Position numbers and translations under genes: made by a program. Shown piece after piece: positions 49,176-58,495 of a DNA stretch of 64,000 bases; the stretch's first letter is position 1; each line of letters starts with the position of its first letter. Location: positions 96,001 to 160,000 of the forward strand of contig JAHPZE010000001.1 of the NCBI GenBank assembly GCA_019058365.1. The letters are read 5' to 3'. The DNA comes from Promethearchaeota archaeon (GTDB lineage: Archaea > Asgardarchaeota > Lokiarchaeia > Sigyniarchaeales > SOKP01). The notes under the pieces were generated by a model, which was given only the letters and a program-made list of their open reading frames with translations, did not search any database and had not been told where the DNA came from.

Positions 49176-49466
49176 ATGGTGATTTTTTCAATGCCAAGAA
49201 CACTGACTGAAGAGGAAAAAAAGGGCTTTGAAAATGTTGAATATCTTTTAAATGGTATGATACAGGACAGGAGCGTTCCTCGAAATATAAAAAGAATCGC
49301 ACAAAGAGGTATTAATGAATTACATAGGGAAGATGAAACCCCAGGTGTTCTTTCCAGCAATGTAATGTATATGGTTGGTGATTTAAGTCAAGATCCCAAT
49401 ATCCCCTTCCACTCCCGCACTACAATTTACCGAATTATCTCTATCTTAGAAAAAATAAAAGATTAA
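49176..49466 (+). CDS. UPF0147 family protein
   Basis: DRSVPRNIKR.A, DLSQDPNIPFHSRT.I..IIS.LE. Start may be ATG 49191. Confidence 0.88.
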   Translation: MVIFSMPRTLTEEEKKGFENVEYLLNGMIQDRSVPRNIKRIAQRGINELHREDETPGVLSSNVMYMVGDLSQDPNIPFHSRTTIYRIISILEKIKD

Positions 49467-49608
49467 ATAATTTTGCTTAAAAAATATAGAATCTTTTTAG
49501 GAAAAAAAATATCAACCAATTATTTATTAAACTAAAATAACATATAATAATTTAAAATAAAATTCATTTTTTAATGAATTAAAGCATAGAAGATGGTGAA
49601 ATTTAAAA

Positions 49609-50319
49609 TTGCCATTAGATATAAATGGATGGATTGATGGAATTACTGCTTCAGGTGTAGTGATTTTTGGTATAATATTCGGTTTATTTTTTATCTATAG
49701 ATCAAAAAAAACAAAGGCTAAATTAGTTGCCTTTTTAGGGGCAGCTAACATGTTTGCGGGACTTATGTGGTTAGGTGTTTTTACAGATTTTCTATCAGTT
49801 CTTATTATTCAACAAAACATGGCTAACAATGGTACGGTTGCTATTCTCTCTTATATATGGTTTGCCCCTGCAATAATCACAGCAATGTATATCGGTGCAG
49901 AATTATTAACTCCCAAAATAAAGCGATATATCGTTGTAGTTATCTTAATAATTTCAATACTCTTTGAAATAATTGTTTTTTTATATCCTTTAGAGTCGTT
50001 TAATTTCGTTCCCTTACCACCAACACCACCCAGTATAAATTTAATTGATTATAATGTCAATTTAATGACGCTTGCGGGAATATTGATGGGTGTTATGTTG
50101 TTAACAGTTTTAATATTTTTAGGAATTGGCTTTTTATATAAAGCTTTTCAATCTTCAGGAGTCATACGTAAAAATTTCTTATACCTTTCAGTAGGGTCAA
50201 TATTCTTTTGTATATTTGGATTATTAGAAGGATTAACTGTTCCGGGAATTTTAGTGATTATAGTAAGAATTGGGTATCTATCTAGCTTCTGGCTCATGTA
50301 TTTAGGTTTAAAAGTATAA
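49609..50319 (+). CDS. Multi-pass (about 7 TM) membrane protein
   Basis: About seven hydrophobic segments with basic loops; TTG start preceded by GGTGA. Confidence 0.75.
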   Translation: MPLDINGWIDGITASGVVIFGIIFGLFFIYRSKKTKAKLVAFLGAANMFAGLMWLGVFTDFLSVLIIQQNMANNGTVAILSYIWFAPAIITAMYIGAELLTPKIKRYIVVVILIISILFEIIVFLYPLESFNFVPLPPTPPSINLIDYNVNLMTLAGILMGVMLLTVLIFLGIGFLYKAFQSSGVIRKNFLYLSVGSIFFCIFGLLEGLTVPGILVIIVRIGYLSSFWLMYLGLKV

Positions 50320-50442
50320 TCTAATTTCTTTTTTTTTATAGCAATTAGTATTTATATAAAAAGATTATATTATTAGTTAAAAGCGAAATATTTACACATT
50401 ATCAATACATTATTATCTCATTCAAAGGAATTTTAAATATTC

Positions 50443-51486
50443 ATGAAACGTCAAATAATTCAAGGAATAGTATACATAGAAATGAATGATGAATTGGGAC
50501 CTAATCCTGTCGCATGGCTTCCTAATACATTCACACAAATGGATTTAATTAATATAAGCATTAAAGTATTAACAATCCTATCGGGTGAAGACGGTCTTAT
50601 ACCTGAATCTTTAGTAATCCTCCCCTTTCCTTCAAGGAATTTAAAGGGAATTGTTAAATACATTAAATGGGCTGATTCATTAAGACGAGGAGGTATTGGT
50701 CAATCGGCTCTTGTATTGTTGTTTAAAGAAATAGATGATGTAATTTTTTATAAATATATTAATGATCTATCAATTCCTTTTAATAACCTCACACCAGAAA
50801 TAATAAATTTAGAAAATTCAAAAGCATCTAGAGAAGATTTCATAAGATTACTTGAACACCTTGAATTTAATATATCCGCTCTTTTAGAAGAATTAAAAAT
50901 TCAAGAAATGGCTCAACAAGAGAGTAAAGCATTCCCTGATCAACAACTTAAAGACCGAAATTTAATAGATTATCAATTTAAAATTATAATTTGTGGAGAT
51001 CCGCACGTTGGTAAAACTTCATTGATATTGAGATATACCAATGATGCATTTAGAAGAAATTACGTACCAACTTTAGGTGTTATGGTTTCAGATAAGATCT
51101 TTAAGATTGATGATTTTATCATCCAATTAACGTTATGGGACATCGGAGGTCAGCAAAAATTTCAAACAATGAGAAGACAATTTTATCGAGGTTCTGACGC
51201 TGTATTCTTGGTTTTTGATTTAACAAGAATTGACTCCTATAATAATATTCCTAAATGGTTTTCAGACGTAGCTGAACAGCTTAAAAATCGTTCTGAAGAA
51301 TTAATGGGATTTATTATTGGAAATAAAAAAGATTTAACTAACCAAATACAGGTAACTTCTGAAATGGCAAATCAAATTGCAGATCAATTAGGAATAGGAT
51401 TCATAGAAACATCAGCACTACAAGGAGAAAATGTAGATTATGCTTTCTCTACAATCGCTAACTTATTACTTAAATCCCGTTTATAA
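50443..51486 (+). CDS. uDENN/longin-like domain fused to a Rab-like small GTPase
   Basis: N-terminal MNDELGPNP, ILPFP, WADSLRRGG; G1 GDPHVGKTS, G2 YVPTLG, G3 WDIGGQ, QFYRGS, G4 NKKD, G5 ETSAL. Confidence 0.87.
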   Translation: MKRQIIQGIVYIEMNDELGPNPVAWLPNTFTQMDLINISIKVLTILSGEDGLIPESLVILPFPSRNLKGIVKYIKWADSLRRGGIGQSALVLLFKEIDDVIFYKYINDLSIPFNNLTPEIINLENSKASREDFIRLLEHLEFNISALLEELKIQEMAQQESKAFPDQQLKDRNLIDYQFKIIICGDPHVGKTSLILRYTNDAFRRNYVPTLGVMVSDKIFKIDDFIIQLTLWDIGGQQKFQTMRRQFYRGSDAVFLVFDLTRIDSYNNIPKWFSDVAEQLKNRSEELMGFIIGNKKDLTNQIQVTSEMANQIADQLGIGFIETSALQGENVDYAFSTIANLLLKSRL

Positions 51487-51649
51487 TGGTATTCAATGAA
51501 ATAAATCGTTCATAGCTTTTTCTACAATTGCTATATTATTGTATAAATTGTGTTTATAATTATCTATAGGTATCTTCGTGAAAGAGGTGTTTCACGAACT
51601 TCGATACATTAAACTGTAAACCATTCAAATTCACAAATTTTTATAAAAT

Positions 51650-51832
51650 CCTATTTTTATTTTAGGAAATAAGGAAGATTTAATTTCTGAAAGATATCTA
51701 GTATCTGAAGAAGCATTAAAAATTGTAAATGAACTTACCTTAGAGTATATCGAGACTTCTGCGTTAATTGAAAAAAACATAGAAGAAAGCTTTTGCAAAA
51801 TGGCGGAAAGTTTAATTAAATCCCATCAATAA
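51650..51832 (+). pseudogene. Relic 3' fragment of a Rab-like GTPase
   Basis: Not in the ORF track. Translates as PIFILGNKEDL...YIETSALIEKNIEESFCKMAESLIKSHQ* (G4 plus G5). In-frame TAA at 51644; no start codon, G1 or G3. Confidence 0.8.
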
Positions 51833-51843
51833 TCAATAATGAA

Positions 51844-52428
51844 GTGAGAAATTTGAATTTAGAAGAAATAATTTATAAGAGAAGAACAATCAGAAGATTC
51901 AAACAAGATCCCATCCCATTAGAACTTTTAAAAAAGGTAATTGATTATGCCCGTATAGCTCCAGTGGCACGTAATATTCAAGCTCTTGAATTTTTTATTG
52001 TTCATAATGCTGAAATTAGGGAAAAGTTATTTCCATTAGTAAATTGGGCAAGTTCTCTTCCTGAAGAACAAAGAACTCCTGAAAAAGGAAGAAAACCTAC
52101 TGCATATATTATAGTGCTTGTAAACACAAACATAAAAAATGCATATGTTGATTTTGATGTTGGAGCCGCTGTTGAAAATATATTACTTGGTGCCGTTAAC
52201 TTTGGGTTTGGATGCTGTTGGATGGGGTCTATCAATGCAAAAAAAATTAGAAAACTATTAGATATTCCAGATTACTATACAATTAAACAAGTAATTAGCT
52301 TAGGATATCCAGATGAAGATTCTGTAATTGAACCTTATATAGATTCTTTTAATTATTGGAAAGATAATGAAGGAAAAATGCACGTTCCTAAAAGAGCTTT
52401 AAACGATATTATTTTTAAGATTTATTGA
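51844..52428 (+). CDS. Nitroreductase family flavoprotein
   Basis: RRTIRRF, AP..RNIQ, DVGAAVENILLGA...GFGCCWMG, VISLGYPD. Confidence 0.92.
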   Translation: MRNLNLEEIIYKRRTIRRFKQDPIPLELLKKVIDYARIAPVARNIQALEFFIVHNAEIREKLFPLVNWASSLPEEQRTPEKGRKPTAYIIVLVNTNIKNAYVDFDVGAAVENILLGAVNFGFGCCWMGSINAKKIRKLLDIPDYYTIKQVISLGYPDEDSVIEPYIDSFNYWKDNEGKMHVPKRALNDIIFKIY

Positions 52429-52495
52429 TAAAAGCATTAAATTTTAAAGACTTTATATGTGAGATTCAAAATTTTGCCTAATTTTTCAATTTTTT

Positions 52496-53041
52496 CTATG
52501 ATACAGATATTTCCTTGTATTTAGAATACAATTTTTGAATAATTGCTTGAAATGCTTCGTATACTCCTTGTCCTGTTTTTGCTGAAGTCTTATAATACCC
52601 GAAAAAGTCTTTTTTATTAACAAATTTTAGGATTTTCTCCTCATTGAAGGTTTTTTCATCTATTAAATCGACTTTATTTCCAAATAGTAAAATAGGGATA
52701 TCTCCACAGAATTTTTTTATTTCATTTTGCCAATTTGGAACATGTTTAAAACTTTCTCTACCAAAATCATTTTCTTCAAGAGAAAATACTATAATAGCAG
52801 CCAAGCTGGATTTATAAAAAGCAGGACGTAAGAAATGGAAAGTATCTTGACCTGCAATATCCCAGAAGAATAACTTACAGTTATCACCTTCAATCTCTTC
52901 AGTATATTTGGAAAATTGTGCTCCAATTGTTTGAATGTATTCGTCTTGAAAACCTCCTTGTGTAAATTTTCTAATTAGTGAGGTTTTACCTACCGCTCCA
53001 TCTCCAATAATAGTAATTTTGAACGTGAATTTTTCATTCAT
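52496..53041 (-). CDS. Rab-like small GTPase (stand-alone)
   Basis: GDGAVGKTS, YIQTIG, WDIAGQ, GNKVD, TSAKTG; no C-terminal Cys prenylation motif. Confidence 0.93.
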   Translation of the reverse strand: MNEKFTFKITIIGDGAVGKTSLIRKFTQGGFQDEYIQTIGAQFSKYTEEIEGDNCKLFFWDIAGQDTFHFLRPAFYKSSLAAIIVFSLEENDFGRESFKHVPNWQNEIKKFCGDIPILLFGNKVDLIDEKTFNEEKILKFVNKKDFFGYYKTSAKTGQGVYEAFQAIIQKLYSKYKEISVS

Positions 53042-53254
53042 TGAATCATTTCATCGATTTTTTGGTATTTTAACTAATTATAAATATCAGTTTATTTTAA
53101 TATAAAATTTTACTTTTTACTTCATTCTATAATACGAGAGAAATCTTTTATGAGAAAATTACGTAAAAACTTTATAAATTTTGACAATAATAATTATTTT
53201 ATAAAAAAGTTGAATTTTAGCAAAAATATATTGTATTTATTATTTTAAGAAGAG

Positions 53255-54058
53255 ATGATAATGGTATTAAAAACAGAATCTAGGATGGAAGTTTTATTTG
53301 GTCTTGCTGGTGCGTTATTTATGGCAGTTATGCTACCACTAACTGCTTCTCTTACTCCAGGATATTCACCACTAAAATATACCGTAAGTACATTAGGACT
53401 AATGAAGGCAAAATCGTTATTCAGTATTGCTTTTGTTGTGACTGGTTCCTTGCTAATTCCATTTTATATATATCTTGAAAGAGAATTAGTAAATATAAAT
53501 GAAAGTCTTAGAAGATTAGCGACAGGGATAGCAATTTTCTCTAATATGTGTATTGCATTAGTCGGAATAATTCCAGATGAAACATATATAGCAGCATTTG
53601 TAGCATTTCATAGTTTTGTTGCAACCACCAGCTTCACTGGATCGTCTTTTTATATAGTTCTTTACAGTTACTTAATGTATCAGGTACCTAAATCTACAAT
53701 GTATAAAGGTCCCGCTTTTAAAAAATATTTAGCTTACTATGGTTTCTTTATTGGGATTATGTTTATAATTCTTCTTATTGTGTTTAAACCTTTAATCGAA
53801 TGGATATTGACAATACTCATACTCATATGGATTATTATAACTGCCACTCAATGTATATCCTATAAATTCTTTAATCTTCCGGGATTATACTATAAAAAGG
53901 CTCAATACCCTGAGGCATTAGAATTATTTGAGGAAGCTGTTCAGATTTTAGATAACCTTGAGATAAAAGGTGACCCAATAAAAAAAACACTAAAGGAAAA
54001 TATTAATTTCCTTAGAAGTGAAATAGAAAAAGAAACTAAAAATTCTGATGAATCTTAG
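53255..54058 (+). CDS. DUF998/Frag1-like membrane protein with C-terminal TPR-like helices
   Basis: PGYSP...VSTLG, LVGIIP, H..VA, EW motif; tail GLYYKKAQYPEALELFEEAV. Confidence 0.7.
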   Translation: MIMVLKTESRMEVLFGLAGALFMAVMLPLTASLTPGYSPLKYTVSTLGLMKAKSLFSIAFVVTGSLLIPFYIYLERELVNINESLRRLATGIAIFSNMCIALVGIIPDETYIAAFVAFHSFVATTSFTGSSFYIVLYSYLMYQVPKSTMYKGPAFKKYLAYYGFFIGIMFIILLIVFKPLIEWILTILILIWIIITATQCISYKFFNLPGLYYKKAQYPEALELFEEAVQILDNLEIKGDPIKKTLKENINFLRSEIEKETKNSDES

Positions 54059-54139
54059 AATATTTCAAGAAAAATCCAATTAACTCTTATTTTTTTCTTT
54101 CTATTAACTTATATCTATAAATTCCTTTCTTCAATACTT

Positions 54140-54373
54140 TTATAGGGGAACAACAATGTGGGTTTCTGTACGGTTTACACCCTCAATACTATGGATTTTT
54201 GCTAGAATTGTTTTTGCGATTGTTTCTACATCTTGCCCTTCCACTTTAACAATGATGTCTATACCTCCGGTAACTGGATAACTTTCTTTAACTTCTGGTA
54301 TTTTTTCTAAACCACGAACAACAGATTCTACAAACCCCGCTTGAACATTCATTAACACAAAACATAGAGTCAA
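54140..54373 (-). CDS. Stand-alone Lrp/AsnC ligand-binding (RAM) domain protein
   Basis: CFVLMNV..G, IPEVKE.YPVTG..DIIVKVE, IHSIEGV.RTETHIV. Confidence 0.9.
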   Translation of the reverse strand: MTLCFVLMNVQAGFVESVVRGLEKIPEVKESYPVTGGIDIIVKVEGQDVETIAKTILAKIHSIEGVNRTETHIVVPL

Positions 54374-54581
54374 TTTTTACTTCTCCTTTTTATTATTTTT
54401 TTTTAATTTAATATTATCTTTAATACTTAAAAATCTTCAATAATCTCTCAATTCTCAATATTATTTACTTTGACTTTAAGTACCTTTTTTACACTAATAG
54501 CCCATGTTCGATTAAGAAATAGAAAAATGCTACATTTCATTATAATTACCTGAAAAATTATCCCACATACAAATAATAAGA

Positions 54582-55454
54582 TCAATATCTAAGAAGAAAA
54601 TCTATTAGTTCTTGATTCTTTCGCAACAAACTATATTCTCCTTTCCTAAGCTTACTTTTCATAGTTTTAGTTATTTCTTTTATTTTAAAATCCATGTTAT
54701 TCACTACTTGCTTAATTTTTGGTAAAAGGTCAAAAAGTAACATTTGATTTATGATTCTTCCTTTATACTGTCTAACTGATAAATCACTTGCTAGAAAAAG
54801 GTATATAGGTGCAATTGCTTCGGGAGAGATTGGTTCAGGTGCTATTTGTCCTCGCTCAGCACTATCTTCATATAATTTAGTGTGAATTGCACCTGGAAGA
54901 ATCACATTTACTTGGATATTAAATGGATTTAATTCATTATGAAGACATTTTCCCATAGCAGAAACTCCTGCCTTTGTAGAAGAATATGCTACTTGATTTG
55001 GATTAAAAAACATATTTCCGTGAACAGAGGAGGTAATAATAATATTTCCTTTTTCTTGTTCAATCATTTTGGGAAGTATTAATTTTACCATCGCATAATA
55101 GGCAATAAGATTAAGATTGAACAATTTTACCACTCTCTCAAGAGATGTATCCAACATTGAGCAATAGTATGACATTCCTGCATTATTTACTAAAATATTA
55201 CAAATTTCAAAGTTCTTATAGTATTCCTCTGCAACTCTTTCAACTTCTTTAATATTTGTCAAGTCAGCAGGAATGGAAATCCCTTCCACACCATACTTTT
55301 TGATGTCCTCAACAACTGCAAGTAACTCATTTTCTTCTAAAGCTGTAATTGCGATGTTAGCACCATTTCTTGCATACTCAAGAGCGACTGCTTTTCCAAT
55401 TCCTCTTCCACCACCCGTAATTAATGCATATTTTCCATCTAAAAGATTTTTCAA
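54582..55454 (-). CDS. Short-chain dehydrogenase/reductase
   Basis: TGGGRGIG, LVNNAG, YSSTK (YxxxK), VNVILPG. Confidence 0.92.
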   Translation of the reverse strand: MKNLLDGKYALITGGGRGIGKAVALEYARNGANIAITALEENELLAVVEDIKKYGVEGISIPADLTNIKEVERVAEEYYKNFEICNILVNNAGMSYYCSMLDTSLERVVKLFNLNLIAYYAMVKLILPKMIEQEKGNIIITSSVHGNMFFNPNQVAYSSTKAGVSAMGKCLHNELNPFNIQVNVILPGAIHTKLYEDSAERGQIAPEPISPEAIAPIYLFLASDLSVRQYKGRIINQMLLFDLLPKIKQVVNNMDFKIKEITKTMKSKLRKGEYSLLRKNQELIDFLLRY

Positions 55455-55478
55455 AATTATATCTCCAAAAATTTTTTT

Positions 55479-57251
55479 TTATATTTTCAACTGCCCATTA
55501 ATTAATTTCTGATATATATTATTATCCAAGGAAATATACATTTTGTCCTGTTGATTCCATAGATATACTTTATCAGTGATTAAGTCAATATGATATGCTT
55601 CTCGAAGTATATTAGTTTTCTTTATTTTATAGGGACCTGTAATTTCTAGTTCATCATCACAAATTCGAATAAAGACAGGAATAGAATAAACTGGAAAAAC
55701 ATCTGCAATAAATTGAGAAAAATTTTCAATCTCAAACTTCAAAGAGGGATTTAATTTAATTGCAGCCATTCCAGCTTTTCCTTCTGTATTTGGAATAGAA
55801 ACACCATAAACAGCGGACATATAAATTGATGGATAAGAATTTAGAATGGATTCTATTTCAAGAGTAGATACATTTTCACCTTTCCATCGGTAAGTATCAC
55901 CAAATCGATCTGCAAACGATACCCAAAGGTCATCATGAAGCATTAACATATCATTGGTATTAAAATAAGTATCATTTTTTAAAAAAACATCATGTAGAAA
56001 TTTGTCTTCTGTTTTTTCTTTATCTGTGTACCCCATGAAAAAGGTTCCCTTATCAATTTTAAGCAAAACCATTCCAATATCACCTGGTTTGCATTTGATA
56101 CAATAACCTCTCTCATTTCTGTAAAATTCACCTGTTTCAGGATTAACTTTCACTAAAATTAATCCAGATTGAGTTAGTCTCCCTATCATTCCGGGAATTT
56201 CCTCAACATTAATAAGAGATCGATGACCCTCAGTTAATCCATAAAATTCGTATATATGTCCAATCTGAAAACGAGATTGAAATCTCTCCCATATCTCCTT
56301 TCGGAGGCCTAATCCTAACATCTTTTTGAGTGTATGATTTTTTTCATATTCAGAGGGTGGTTGATTGAGAAGATATCGAGGGATTTCACCAACATAGATG
56401 CTACAAGTTGCTTGAAATTTATGGATATCTTTCCAGTATTCAAAGGCAGAAAAACGTTTTCTTATTGCTAGAGTAGCACCAGTTCGAAAAATGGCTGGCC
56501 AGGCAACTCCTATAGCTAAATTATGGTAAAGTGGGGTTGGGATATATACAATATCGTTTATATCCGTTTTTGCAAAAGCTATTCCTAAGAAGTTACCTTG
56601 AGTAAATAGTTTAAAATTTTCCATTACACAGGCTTTAGGGAGACCTGTTGTGCCTGAAGTGTAAATATACAATGCAGTTTGATGTAAAATTGAATTATAA
56701 GTAGTATTAGGATTAGTTCCGGATAAGTTTTTAGTGATAGTTTGTAAGTTAGTAAAATCATGAGGATTATTCTTATTGTTATTAATAACATAAATATTCT
56801 CATAGGGATAATGTAAATCCTCAACAATTTCAATAAAGTAAGGTAAACTATCACCATCAACAATTATCCACCTTGGTTCTGCCAATTTAAAAGAATGGAT
56901 TAATGCTTGTTTCCTAAGATTAAAATTAATTAATGCACTAATCCCTTGCAGTTTATTAATTCCAGTTGTATAAAAGAGGTATTCAGGTGAATTTTCAAGC
57001 ATTAAAGCAACAGTATCATTTGGTTCTAATCCTGAATTAAGAAAATGGTTTGCGATTATATTGCTTTCTTCATTAAATTCTTGCCAAGTCCAAGAAGAAT
57101 CTTCATATAGCAAAGCTTTTTTTTTTGGTATGTTTTTTGCCAACTCTTCAATAGATGTGGCTATACTCTGATTTGGATTAGTTAGAGCCTTTTGCATTTG
57201 TTCACCAAAACGAGTATAGAATTCAGCTTCTTTAGGAGTATAATTGGGCAT
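55479..57251 (-). CDS. (Very) long-chain acyl-CoA synthetase, FATP/SLC27/FadD6 type
   Basis: YIYTSGTTGLPKA, PLYH, YVGEIPRYL, EFYGLTEG, DRFGDTYRWKGENVST.E. Confidence 0.92.
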   Translation of the reverse strand: MPNYTPKEAEFYTRFGEQMQKALTNPNQSIATSIEELAKNIPKKKALLYEDSSWTWQEFNEESNIIANHFLNSGLEPNDTVALMLENSPEYLFYTTGINKLQGISALINFNLRKQALIHSFKLAEPRWIIVDGDSLPYFIEIVEDLHYPYENIYVINNNKNNPHDFTNLQTITKNLSGTNPNTTYNSILHQTALYIYTSGTTGLPKACVMENFKLFTQGNFLGIAFAKTDINDIVYIPTPLYHNLAIGVAWPAIFRTGATLAIRKRFSAFEYWKDIHKFQATCSIYVGEIPRYLLNQPPSEYEKNHTLKKMLGLGLRKEIWERFQSRFQIGHIYEFYGLTEGHRSLINVEEIPGMIGRLTQSGLILVKVNPETGEFYRNERGYCIKCKPGDIGMVLLKIDKGTFFMGYTDKEKTEDKFLHDVFLKNDTYFNTNDMLMLHDDLWVSFADRFGDTYRWKGENVSTLEIESILNSYPSIYMSAVYGVSIPNTEGKAGMAAIKLNPSLKFEIENFSQFIADVFPVYSIPVFIRICDDELEITGPYKIKKTNILREAYHIDLITDKVYLWNQQDKMYISLDNNIYQKLINGQLKI

Positions 57252-57450
57252 GATTAGAGTGATTCTAAAATTATTATAATTACGATAAGGTATTTAATTC
57301 CAAAATTATATTTATCTTTTATTTATTTTAATATAAAACTGAATTTTTTCTAAATCATGAGAATTAAATGAAAGAGATTATTATTACAATTAATATTAAC
57401 AACCGTAACAAATAATAAAATTGTTAATAATAAAATAAAGAGTTTAAAAA

Positions 57451-58365
57451 TTGAAACCAAATTTACTTACAGATGAAAAAGTAATTATAACAGCAGCCAT
57501 TACAGGGGGAATTCAAGGAAAATGGGCAAATCCAGCAATACCTATCACTCCTGAAGAGCAAGCTCAAGATGCATTGGAATGTTATGAAGCAGGTGCCTCA
57601 ATATTACATCTTCATGTCCGTGGTGAAGACGGACAAAATACACCAGATCTAAAATATTATAATAAAGCAGTTAAGCTCATACACGAAAAGTGTCCAATTA
57701 TAGTTCAAATTGGGAATGGAATAGGTGCACGCATAGCATATGGAACTAAAACTAGTAGCAAAGGGCGGAAATACGGTCAAACTATTGTTATGCCTACTCT
57801 TAAAGAACGGTTAAATCTTCTTAATATAAATCCACCACCAGATATGCATACCATTAACGCAGGGACGTTTGAGTTTCAGACTAAATATGGTAATCATACT
57901 TTTGATAATCCATTATCTTTTAATAAACGATATGTCGAAAGATGTAACAAAAAAGGTTTTGGGATTGAAATTGAAGTATATGATATAAGCCATATTACCA
58001 ATATTGAGACATTAGTATCGACATTCAAAGTTCTTAGACCTCCATTACATTTCAGTATTGTTTTAGGAATTGGTGGGGGCGCACCAGCAACAATTAGAAA
58101 TCTATTAAACATGGTAGATTTATTACCTGAAGGATCAACTTGGCAAGTGGTGACTGTGGGTAAATTAAATCTCCGAATAACTACTATCGCTCTTTGTATG
58201 GGAGGAAATGTAAGAACTGGGCTTGAAGACATTCTCTATTATCAGAAAAGTGAAATGGTTGAAAGTAATGCTCAATTAGTAAAAAGAATGGTTCGATTAG
58301 CCAAAGAACTTGGAAGAGAAACTGCTACTGTTGATGATGCTCACGCAAAATTGGGATTAAAATAA
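57451..58365 (+). CDS. Beta-keto acid cleavage enzyme (3-keto-5-aminohexanoate cleavage family, DUF849)
   Basis: IITAAITG, PITPEE, AGASILHLHVR, EIEVYD, GGNVRTGLED, SNAQLV. Confidence 0.92.
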   Translation: MKPNLLTDEKVIITAAITGGIQGKWANPAIPITPEEQAQDALECYEAGASILHLHVRGEDGQNTPDLKYYNKAVKLIHEKCPIIVQIGNGIGARIAYGTKTSSKGRKYGQTIVMPTLKERLNLLNINPPPDMHTINAGTFEFQTKYGNHTFDNPLSFNKRYVERCNKKGFGIEIEVYDISHITNIETLVSTFKVLRPPLHFSIVLGIGGGAPATIRNLLNMVDLLPEGSTWQVVTVGKLNLRITTIALCMGGNVRTGLEDILYYQKSEMVESNAQLVKRMVRLAKELGRETATVDDAHAKLGLK

Positions 58366-58495
58366 AAATAATAAATTCATATTTTATTAATTATACTCTA
58401 AAGAGCCTATATAAAGGTTTTATATCAATTTTCATGAAATAAAATCGTAATCTTAAACCCATTAAAAATAAATTAAAAAAAAAATTTTATTTTAA

